Part shown: positions 48,915-57,500 of the stretch, piece after piece
Numbering within the stretch: position 1 is the stretch's first letter
Layout of the letters: each line of letters starts with the position of its first letter
Source of the DNA: Dehalococcoidia bacterium
GTDB taxonomy: Bacteria > Chloroflexota > Dehalococcoidia > Plut-88900
Reading direction: 5' to 3'
NCBI GenBank assembly: GCA_965249275.1
Contig: CBDFLQ010000005.1
Coordinates: forward strand, 288,001-352,000
Length of the DNA stretch: 64,000 nucleotides
Notes under the pieces: generated by a model
Told to the model about the DNA's origin: nothing
What the model saw: the letters and a program-made list of their open reading frames with translations, nothing else
Databases searched by the model: none
Made by a program: the position numbers and the translations under genes

Positions 48915-49423
48915 AGTACGCAGTCTTAGAGACGCCGATGGGGTGGATGGGGGTGGTGGCCTCGGAGGCGGGGGTGCGGAGACTAACGATTCCGCTGCCG
49001 ACACCCGACGAGGCCATGAGCGATATCCAGCACGATCTTGGCGGTGCGGAGCTCGACAACGACTATTTCATCGAATTGGAAGAGAAGCTGCAACGGCTCT
49101 TCTCCGGGGAAGACGTACTCGTGGAAGATGCAGACCTGGACCTGCCCCAGGCCCCTGAGTTCACCCGGGCCGTTTGGAAGGCCACTAGGGAAATCCCTCA
49201 CGGGGAGACGCGCAGCTATGGCGACCTGGCAGCGGCGGTGGGACGGCCGCGAGGGGCTAGGGCGGTGGGGCAGGTGATGGCGTCCAACCCCGTGGCGGTA
49301 TTGATCCCGTGCCACCGAGTCATCGCCAGCGACCGGGGGCTGGGTGGATACGGCGGCCACATCGAGATGAAGAAGCGGCTCCTGAGACTGGAGGGGGCTG
49401 AAGGGGTGCGGGGCCTTTCCTGA
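48911..49423 (+). CDS. ogt: Methylated-DNA-protein-cysteine methyltransferase
   Basis: IP.GETRSY, ARAVG, IPCHRV. Confidence 0.92.
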   Translation: MKYAVLETPMGWMGVVASEAGVRRLTIPLPTPDEAMSDIQHDLGGAELDNDYFIELEEKLQRLFSGEDVLVEDADLDLPQAPEFTRAVWKATREIPHGETRSYGDLAAAVGRPRGARAVGQVMASNPVAVLIPCHRVIASDRGLGGYGGHIEMKKRLLRLEGAEGVRGLS

Positions 49424-49439
49424 GCATCCTCTACAACTC

Positions 49440-51440
49440 GTGACTACTACACCAGGTCCCAATCCCGCGGACATCCAACCGCACTTTCCACTGCTGTTCA
49501 GCCCCATAAAGGTGGGAGGTCTCACACTCCGCGGCAGGATAGTGAACACGGCCCATGGGACGGGGTTCACAAAAGACCACCTCTTCACCGACCAGCACGT
49601 GCATTACTACGCGGAGCGGGCTCGGGGCGGGGCGGCGATGATTATCACTGAGAGCGCCTCGATACACCCAACGAGCAACATCGGGACTCAGGACACGCTC
49701 TGGGGATTCGAACGGGCCATCATCCCGTCCTATCGGAAGATTGCGGAAGCGGTGCACCAGCATGGGGCAAAGGTGGTAGTGCAGCTTAGCCACCAGGGCC
49801 GGCAGGGAGGCTCTGTAGAAGGGTTGCCGAGGTGGGCGCCGTCCCCGGTCGCGTCTCGAGAGTCGAGCTACGGCAACAACGAAGTCCCCCACGAAATGGA
49901 CTCTTCGGAGATAGAGGAGTTGGTGAGGGCCTTCGCCCTATGTGCGGCATTCGCGGAGGAGGGCGGGTTTGACGGTGTGGAGCTTCACGGGGCGCACGGT
50001 AACCTGATCCACCAGTTCCTTTCGCCACTGACGAATCATCGGACGGACGAGTATGGGGGCGGGCTGGACAACAGACTCCGGTTTGCGCTGGAAGTCTTCA
50101 GGGCGGTGCGGGGAAGGGTGGGGCGGGGGTTCGTAGTCGGGATGCGGATAAGCGGTGACGAGTTCGTGGACGGGGGACTGGACCTGAGGCAGATGAAGGA
50201 GGCGGCAAGGCGGCTGACGGCGGAAGGGCAGGTGGACTACCTGAACGTGAGCAACAGCACCTATTCCGACCTGGGAAGCATGGCGAACCACATGCCGTCC
50301 ATGTACTACCGACCAGCGCCGTTTGCCCACCTCTGGGAAGGAATAAAGAACTCGGTGAGCGTTCCAGTGCTGGGTATGGGTCGGATAAACACCCCCGGGC
50401 TGGCGGAAAAGCTGCTTTCGGAGGGTAAGACCGACCTGATCGGAATGGTCAGGGAGCTCATCGCCGATCCCCGGCTGCCGGAGAAGGCTATGGCTGGAGC
50501 GGTGGAGAAGATCAGACCGTGCATCGGGTGTATGCAGAGCTGCATTGGGCGGAGGACTAAGGGGAACTACATCACCTGCATCCACAACCCGGTCACGGGC
50601 AGGGAGTGGAAGTGGGGCGAGATATCGCCTGCGGCGGTGATCAAGTCGGTGCTGGTGGTGGGTGGGGGGCCGGGAGGACTGGAAGCGGCGACGGTGTCGG
50701 CGCGGCGTGGGCATCGGGTGACGTTGGTCGAGAAGAGTTCTCGGCTGGGGGGTCAGGCGCTAACCGCCTCCCGTGGCCCGATGCGAACCCAATTCGGAGA
50801 AATAGCCACGTTCGGAGAGGCCGAGGCCCGAAGGGCGGGGGTGGATATACGGCTGGATACGGAGGCAACGGTGGAGTCGGTGCTCGAATTCGGGGCCGAC
50901 GTTGTGGTGGTGGCGACCGGGGCAGAGACGTACTTGGGAATGGAAGATTCGGCATCGGGGCCTGTTCTGATGACGTCTAACGAAGTGCTCGATGGAGACG
51001 TACCGCACAACCGCAACGTGCTGGTGGTCGATACCCAGGGCATGCATCCCGGGAGCGATGTTTCGGAGTTGCTGCTGGACCACGGGAACAAGGTCGAGAT
51101 GGCGACCACGGCTCCCTACGCGGGCTCTAACCTCCAGCCGATGGTGTGGCGGGTAATTTATGAACGGCTGCTGTACAAGAGCCTTGAGGTGTCGGCGTTT
51201 ACGGAGGTGGTGGGGCTTGGGGAGGGGTCGGTGACATTGAGGAATACTGTCACGGGGCAGGAGGAGAGTCGGGATGGGGTGGATGTGGTGGTGTTCGCCG
51301 ACAACCGGCGGGCGGTCGATGGGCTGTACAAGGGGCTGAAGGGTCGGGTGGCGGAGCTATATGCAGTCGGGGACTGCCTGGCTCCGCGTACTGTTGAGCA
51401 GGCAATGTACGAAGGGCACGAGGTGGGTCGGGGGATTTGA
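49440..51440 (+). CDS. Old yellow enzyme / FadH-like flavin Fe-S oxidoreductase
   Basis: GFDGVELHGAHG, N.RTDEYGG, CIGCMQSC..C, VVGGGPGG, GDC.APR. Confidence 0.9.
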   Translation: MTTTPGPNPADIQPHFPLLFSPIKVGGLTLRGRIVNTAHGTGFTKDHLFTDQHVHYYAERARGGAAMIITESASIHPTSNIGTQDTLWGFERAIIPSYRKIAEAVHQHGAKVVVQLSHQGRQGGSVEGLPRWAPSPVASRESSYGNNEVPHEMDSSEIEELVRAFALCAAFAEEGGFDGVELHGAHGNLIHQFLSPLTNHRTDEYGGGLDNRLRFALEVFRAVRGRVGRGFVVGMRISGDEFVDGGLDLRQMKEAARRLTAEGQVDYLNVSNSTYSDLGSMANHMPSMYYRPAPFAHLWEGIKNSVSVPVLGMGRINTPGLAEKLLSEGKTDLIGMVRELIADPRLPEKAMAGAVEKIRPCIGCMQSCIGRRTKGNYITCIHNPVTGREWKWGEISPAAVIKSVLVVGGGPGGLEAATVSARRGHRVTLVEKSSRLGGQALTASRGPMRTQFGEIATFGEAEARRAGVDIRLDTEATVESVLEFGADVVVVATGAETYLGMEDSASGPVLMTSNEVLDGDVPHNRNVLVVDTQGMHPGSDVSELLLDHGNKVEMATTAPYAGSNLQPMVWRVIYERLLYKSLEVSAFTEVVGLGEGSVTLRNTVTGQEESRDGVDVVVFADNRRAVDGLYKGLKGRVAELYAVGDCLAPRTVEQAMYEGHEVGRGI

Positions 51441-51476
51441 GGTGGGTGGGGATGGGTTGCGCCCCACCACCCCACT

Positions 51477-51589
51477 GGGGGAACCCTCACCCCCTTGGTC
51501 CCCCTCTCCCTTAGGGCCTTCAAGGGAGAGGGGGAAAGAAGAATAGGGGCATGCATATGCGCTTTAGCGCATATGCATGCCCCTAATTC
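51477..51589 (+). repeat. ~110-nt double-hairpin element, copy 2
   Basis: Matches 43626-43736; stem at 51544-51585. Confidence 0.85.
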
Positions 51590-51850
51590 AGTACCGGGGG
51601 AGGGGAAAAGGAGGAGAGATTGGGGATTGGGCGATGTTGTGGGGCCTAGTTCGGTGCAGGTGGGGAGGGGAAAGGAAGAGAGGTTGGGGTTGGCGAATGT
51701 TATGTGGCTAGTTCGGTGCGGGGAAGGGGGAAAGGAAGAGGGGTTGGGGGTTGGGCGTCGCTATGTGGTCAATTCAGTACGGGGGAGGAGGGAAAAGGGG
51801 CGAGGTTGGGGATTTGGTGATGTTGTGTGGACTAGTACGAGAGGGAGGGG
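51585..51850 (+). repeat. G-rich imperfect tandem repeat, ~62-nt unit, 4 copies plus a partial copy
   Basis: Recurrent A(A/G)TTC(A/G)GT(A/G)C..GGGGAGGGGAAAGG..GTTGGGG..ATGTT.TGTGG. Confidence 0.75.
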
Positions 51851-51851
51851 A

Positions 51852-51945
51852 TGGATTCACGACTCGGCGCACGCTAAAGGCGCATCCTCCCAAGGCGGAC
51901 GTTCCGCTTGCAGCATCTTTGTCCGGCTCGGGGGGCGGGATGACG
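51852..51945 (+). repeat. Host repeat C with triply nested micro-elements (51859-51923)
   Basis: TGGATTC[ACGACTCGGCGC[ACGCTAAAGGCGCA[TCCTCCCAAGGCGGACGTTCC]GCTTGCAGC]ATCTTTGTC]CGGCTCGGGGGGCGGGATGACG. Confidence 0.65.
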
Positions 51946-51980
51946 AGGGGAAGGCAGATAGGTGATGGGGCAAGTCCTAG

Positions 51981-53176
51981 GGAAGCTCTGAACAACTCAC
52001 TGTAAACCAGCTTAGGTTGTCTTGCATGGAGTTTTGGGGAGAGGTTGGGTCGTAATGTTGCGTCTCGGTGGCTTATTTGCATCCTATGTTCTGGCCTGTC
52101 AGGGCATCCAGTCACCATCGACCCGGATTTGACCACACTGCTCCTCCGTCACACCGCTAAGTGGCGCTCGGCCCTTACCAAGTTGGCCAGCCCCAGCAGC
52201 ATCGCCACCCGTTGCGTGTTCTTGTACAAGCCCCTGTAGCGGACCTTGGCGTAGCCGAAGTGCCGTTTCACGTACAGGAACGGATGCTCCACCTTAGCCC
52301 TGATGGATGATTTGCTCTTCTCCGCTAAGGCCTCGCAGCTCCCCGCCCTCAGTTTCCGACGCCGTCCAGGTCTCATCGCCACCCGCCACTCCACATCCAT
52401 ATCCCGATTCTCCGCCCGCTTCTCCACTCCCTGATATCCCGCATCTCCCCACACTCGCCTCTCCCCTCCATGCAGCAGCCGGTGCGCCTCCGTCACGTCA
52501 TGCACGTTCGCAGCTGTCGTACTCATACTGTGCACCACCCCCGTGTCAGCGTCTGCACCAATGTGCACTTTCATACCGAAGTGCCACTCCTTCCCCTTCT
52601 TCACTTGGTGCATATCGGGGTCTCGCTCTCCAGCACGGTTCTTCGTAGACGCCGGCGCCTCGATGATGCTCGCATCCACAATCGTACCCTCCCTGAGCCT
52701 CAGTCCCCGAGACTCCAGATGACGGTTGATCTCCTCGAACAGCCCCCGACCCAACTCCTGCTCTTCCAGCAGATGGCGGAAGTTCAGTATCGTAGTCTCG
52801 TCAGGCAAGGGGCCGGACAGCCTCAGACCTGCGAACCGCCTCACCGACTCCACCTCGTAGAGCATGTCCTCCATGCCCGGATCGCTCAGGTTGTAGAACA
52901 GCTGCACGCAGTGTATCCGCAGCATCACCGACAACTCGTAGGGCCTCCGTCCACGGCCCGCCCTGGAATAGTAGGGCCGGATTCGCTCCTCTAACTTTCC
53001 CCATGGAACCAGGTCCTCCATCCGCTCCAGAAATATCTCCCGGCGGGTCTTTCGCTTCTTGCCCTCGTATTCCAAGTCTGCAAATGTCGGCTGCTCCATC
53101 AAATCTCACCTCAGCTTTGGCCTTACTCTCCCTATCTTACCTATTACCTATGCCCTTAGACTTGTTCAGAGGTTTC
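51981..53176 (-). mobile_element. IS5 family element, second copy, 1196 bp, CTAG TSD
   Basis: Same TIRs inverted; CTAG at 51977-51980 and 53177-53180. Confidence 0.95.
52149..53102 (-). CDS. IS5 family transposase
   Basis: Translation identical to 41822-42775. Confidence 0.95.
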   Translation of the reverse strand: MMEQPTFADLEYEGKKRKTRREIFLERMEDLVPWGKLEERIRPYYSRAGRGRRPYELSVMLRIHCVQLFYNLSDPGMEDMLYEVESVRRFAGLRLSGPLPDETTILNFRHLLEEQELGRGLFEEINRHLESRGLRLREGTIVDASIIEAPASTKNRAGERDPDMHQVKKGKEWHFGMKVHIGADADTGVVHSMSTTAANVHDVTEAHRLLHGGERRVWGDAGYQGVEKRAENRDMDVEWRVAMRPGRRRKLRAGSCEALAEKSKSSIRAKVEHPFLYVKRHFGYAKVRYRGLYKNTQRVAMLLGLANLVRAERHLAV

Positions 53177-53349
53177 CTAGATTCCTCGCGGAGCCTCGGA
53201 ATGACAGTGTCGTTGGTGTGTCGACTGGAATGGACGAGGTCGGGGGTAGAGCGTGGTACAGAGTATAGTCGGCGCCTTTGGGGAATCCGCTTGTGTACTG
53301 GTGATGGGCACTGTCGCATGAGGGGCGCTTGGTCGGATAGACTTCGCTT

Positions 53350-54225
53350 ATGAACGCTCTGCCCCTGGGGTTGATGTTGCTGTCCGCCTCTTTCCATGCG
53401 ACGTGGAACCTGCTGCTAAAACGCTCCGATAACCAGGAAGCGTTTGTGTGGGGGATAGTCGTTAGTGGAAGCGTGATGTTCGTGCCCTTGGGCATCGTTC
53501 TGTTCTGGCTCTACCCGATAGATCCTCCGGGATACTTGTTCGCGCTGGTTTCCACGGGGTTTCAGAGTTTCTATTTCGTAATGCTGGGGCGGGCCTACTC
53601 CCGAGGTGATCTCTCACTGATCTATCCCGTAGCCCGAGGCATTGGTCCCATGCTGGTCCCCGTTCTGGCAGTGCCATTGCTAGGGGAAAGAGTGGCGTGG
53701 CCTGCCGTAATGGGCATCGCCCTTATCGTCGGTGGCATATATGTCGTTTCCTGGTGGGGCCGATTCCGGCAGATCCTTGCCAGGCCGTCCAGGTTGTTGC
53801 GGGAACGGAGCGTCGGCTTTGCCGTGCTCGCGGGGATGGCGATCGCCGGTTACTCGCTGGTGGACAAGCGCGGCGTGGAGCACGTTCAACCTTTCCTCTA
53901 TATGTACATGCAGACTATTGGGGGCGCTATAGCCCTTGCTCCGTACGTAATCCGCAGGCATGGTCTGGCCTCGGTAAAACGGGAGTGGAGAACGAACACC
54001 AGGGCAGTTTTGGCAGCGGGTCTGCTGGTTTTTGTCGCCTACGGGCTAGCGTTGACGGCATTCTCCCTGGCGCAGGTCAGCTACATGGCTCCGGCTCGGG
54101 AGTCCGGAATAGTGATAGGGGTTCTATTGGGAGTCTTCGTGCTGAAGGAATCGTTTGGCAAAGGTCGACTACTGGGCTCGGGTTTCATTGTGGGGGGGTT
54201 GGCCTTGATTGCGCTGTCTCCTTAG
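53350..54225 (+). CDS. DMT/EamA family transporter
   Basis: HATWN, AY.RGDLS..YP.ARG, YS.VDK, about 10 TM helices. Confidence 0.9.
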   Translation: MNALPLGLMLLSASFHATWNLLLKRSDNQEAFVWGIVVSGSVMFVPLGIVLFWLYPIDPPGYLFALVSTGFQSFYFVMLGRAYSRGDLSLIYPVARGIGPMLVPVLAVPLLGERVAWPAVMGIALIVGGIYVVSWWGRFRQILARPSRLLRERSVGFAVLAGMAIAGYSLVDKRGVEHVQPFLYMYMQTIGGAIALAPYVIRRHGLASVKREWRTNTRAVLAAGLLVFVAYGLALTAFSLAQVSYMAPARESGIVIGVLLGVFVLKESFGKGRLLGSGFIVGGLALIALSP

Positions 54226-54260
54226 GCTCGCGTCGGTGCGCCCTTGGGGAGGCCTTACGG

Positions 54261-54485
54261 TTAACAGGGCACAGGCTCGTCTACCTCTTCGCCTTCAATG
54301 GCGGTGAGGGCCTCTTCGAGCATGTGCTCCTGGACGAGGATGCCGCAGGGTCGGATGGAGACGCCAAGAAAGGCGCTGGTGTCGCCGGGATTGAGGCGAA
54401 ATGGAATACCGTTGTAGGAGAGGAGGCCACCCCACATTTCGGCGATGATCTGGTCGGGGGCGGTGGCTACTAGGACCCACTTCAT
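54261..54485 (-). CDS. DUF2007-like small protein
   Basis: W..VATA..Q..AE....LL...GIP. Confidence 0.75.
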   Translation of the reverse strand: MKWVLVATAPDQIIAEMWGGLLSYNGIPFRLNPGDTSAFLGVSIRPCGILVQEHMLEEALTAIEGEEVDEPVPC

Positions 54486-54506
54486 TTTCGGGCGACCTTT
54501 CCGGGT

Positions 54507-57500
54507 CTAGGCCCCGGCTAGTGTGATGGCGTCATCGCCGAGGCGGGGGGAGAGGAGCTTGACGAGGCGGGGGGAATACTCCACCTGGACGCCGGGGACC
54601 TCCAAGTGAGTGATTCGGGAGCGTTCTTCGATTTGGAGGAATAGGGCACTGGGGCCGGGACACTGCCTGGCTATGGTTAGGGCGTCTTTGAGCATCTCGG
54701 CGTCCTGGGTGTCGTCTCCCGTGGCGCGGATTTTGAGCCAGACTTCGCCGGGGGTGGTTGGAGGGGGATGGATTCCGGCCTCCGCAGGAATGACGGTGGG
54801 GGTGGGGTGAGCGGCACCATTTTCCGATTCCCGATTGGTTGAAACTGGTGCAGGTTCAGGATAAGCGGGCGGGGCTTCCCCATTCCGCTCGGTTGATCCT
54901 TCGATCCGCCTCGGCGGACCTGCGGCAGGGCGAGGGGAATCCTCACCGCTCCGATTGGCAGGCTCAGGGAGAACGGCTCCATTTGCTGTTGGTTCAATAG
55001 ATGGTTCGACGCCGGAGGGAATGGATTCACGCCCCGGCGCACGCCGAGGCGCATCTTCGACATCTTCAACGGGCTCGGGGGCCGGAATGACGGGAGGAGT
55101 TTCGGACTCGTCGTCTTCGGTGGGGAGATCGAACTTTTGGACGGAGTTGCAGTGGACGGAAACACGGTCACCGTTTCGGAGGCGGACCCTACCTTCCACT
55201 TTGAGAATCGATCCATCAACCCAGAGGGCCTGGGTCCTTTGGTAGACCTCTTTCCAACCGACGACCTCAATGGAGCCGGAAATGTCCTCCATGACCGCAG
55301 CGCCGAAGGGGTCGCCTCTTCTTGTGGTGCCAGTTCTAAAGGAGGACAGCTGCCCGACCAGTATCACCTTTTGCCCATCCTGCTCGGGGCTGATATCTCC
55401 GCACATGTTGGGCTCGATGTCGCCGAGATTGCGGTTAATGCGCGAAATGGGACTTTCGGCGAGGCTTGCGCCGAGCAGCTCTTTCTCCCAGGTCTCGGAT
55501 TCGCCGGGCTGAATTCTTATCCGTTCAAGCTCAAGCTCGGGGAGGGGGGTTGCGACGGACGCACCCCATAGGTCGAACATAGTCGTTTGGCCTGAGTTTT
55601 TCAAGTCCGATTCCCTCTGGGACATGGAGAGGATACGGTCGATTCCCCCAAGCAGGGAGCCTCGGTCTTCCAGGGAGTCCAGGGCCCCGACTTTTATTAG
55701 GCTCTCCAAGGCCCGCTTGTTGAGGTTGTGCAGGTTGGCCCTGCGGCACATGTCCTCGACGGACTTGAACGGGCCATCTTCCTGCCGGGCCTCGACGAGG
55801 GGGCGTACTGCTCCATCGCCAACGTTCTTGACCGCAGATAGGCCGAACCTGATGGAGCTGGACCCGTTGTCGCGCTCCATGGTGAAGTCGATGTCGGACA
55901 TGTTGATGTCGGGGCGGAGGACCTGGATGCCGAGCTTGCGGCACTCTTCCACTGCCGAGGAGGTGTGATCGGACTGGCTGGGGTGGCAGGTGAGGAGGGC
56001 GGTCATGAACTCCACGGGATAGTTGGCCTTCAGATAGGCAGTCCAGTAGGAGATCATGGCGTAGCTGACGCTGTGGGCCTTGTTGAATGCGTAGCCGGCG
56101 AAGGGCAGTATCAGTTCGAACATGTACTCGGATAAATCCTGGGGGAACCCCTTGGCCTTGGCCCCTTCCAGGAACCGTTGCCGCTCCTCTGCCATGAGGG
56201 AGGCTATCTTCTTTCCCATCGCCTTCCGCACCACGTCGGCCTGACCGAGACTGTAGCCGGCAAACATTCGGAGGATAAGGAGCACCTGGTCCTGGTAGAC
56301 GATGACGCCGTAGGTCTCCTCGAGGATGTCGGAGAGGGCGGGGTGGGGGTAGGTGACCTCGGCGCGCTGGTGCTTGGCTTCGATGAAGCGGGTTATGTGC
56401 TCCATAGGGCCGGGTCGGTAGAGGGCGATCATGGCAGCCACGTCATTGACGGAGGTCGGCTTAAGCTGCTTGATGTATCTACGCATCCCCGAGCTTTCCA
56501 GCTGGAAGATGCCGGTGGTCTCTCCGCTGGAGAGGTGGTCGAAGGTCCTTTTATCGTCGAGGGGGATGTCGTTAAGGGACATCCTGGCGCCCCCGCTCTT
56601 GGCGATGATGTCCAGGGCCTTGCCAAGGATGGTGAGGTTAATGAGGCCGAGGAAGTCCATCTTCAGGAGGCCCAGCTTGGCGATGGGGTCCATCGAGAAC
56701 TGGGTTACGGCTATCTCCTCACCGTCGCTGCGGGATGCGCGCTGGAGAGGAACGTAGTTGGTGAGGGGTTCCTGTGAGATGACGATGCCCGCGGCATGGG
56801 TGCTGGCGTGTCGGGCCACGCCTTCCAGCTTCTGGGCGGAGTCGACGAGCTTGCGGACAGCGTGGTCCTGGTTGTAGGTGCTGCTAAGGTCGGGGCTGGC
56901 CTTCATGGCTTCGTCGATGGACTTGACCCCGAATGGCACCTGCTTGGCCACGTTGTCGACGATAGAGTAGGGCATTCCAAGGGCGCGCCCGACGTCCCTT
57001 AGGGCGGCGCGTGCGCCAAGGGTGCCGAAGGTAACGATCTGGGCGACGTGCTCGGCCCCGTACTTGCGGGTGACGTAGGCAATGACTTCGTCCCGACGGT
57101 CGTCCTGGAAGTCCAGGTCGATGTCGGGCATTTCGTTGCGCTCGATGTTGAGGAAACGCTCAAATACGAGCCCGTACTCGAGGGGGTCGATGTCGGTGAT
57201 GCCGAGGCAGTAGAGGACTACGCTGCCGGCGGCGCTTCCCCGGACGCCGAACAGGATGCCGTTCTCCCTGGAATAGGAAGTAATGTCCATGACGACCAAG
57301 AAATAGTTAGCGAACTGGGTCTTCTTGATGACGTCCAGCTCGTCGAGCAGGCGGCGGCGGGCGTTCTCTCCCGCTCCGGGGTAGAGGCGCCGGAAGCCCT
57401 CTTCGCAAAGGGTTGCAAGATAGTCGTCGGCGTCTTCGCCGTGGGGGGTGGGGTAGTGGGGGAGGCGCAGGCGGTCGAACTCGATGGAGAGGTCGCACAT

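Noticed and set aside
51585-51850. Possible CRISPR array (~62-nt period)
   Set aside because: Units are similar along their whole length, with no constant repeat/unique spacer structure and no cas genes.
41748-53176. Composite transposon carrying the MoxR region
   Set aside because: Each IS has its own CTAG duplication and complete target repeat, indicating independent insertions, and the cargo looks native.
54740-55120. Intein in DnaE
   Set aside because: No Cys/Ser start or His-Asn end motifs; the segment is explained by DNA repeats.
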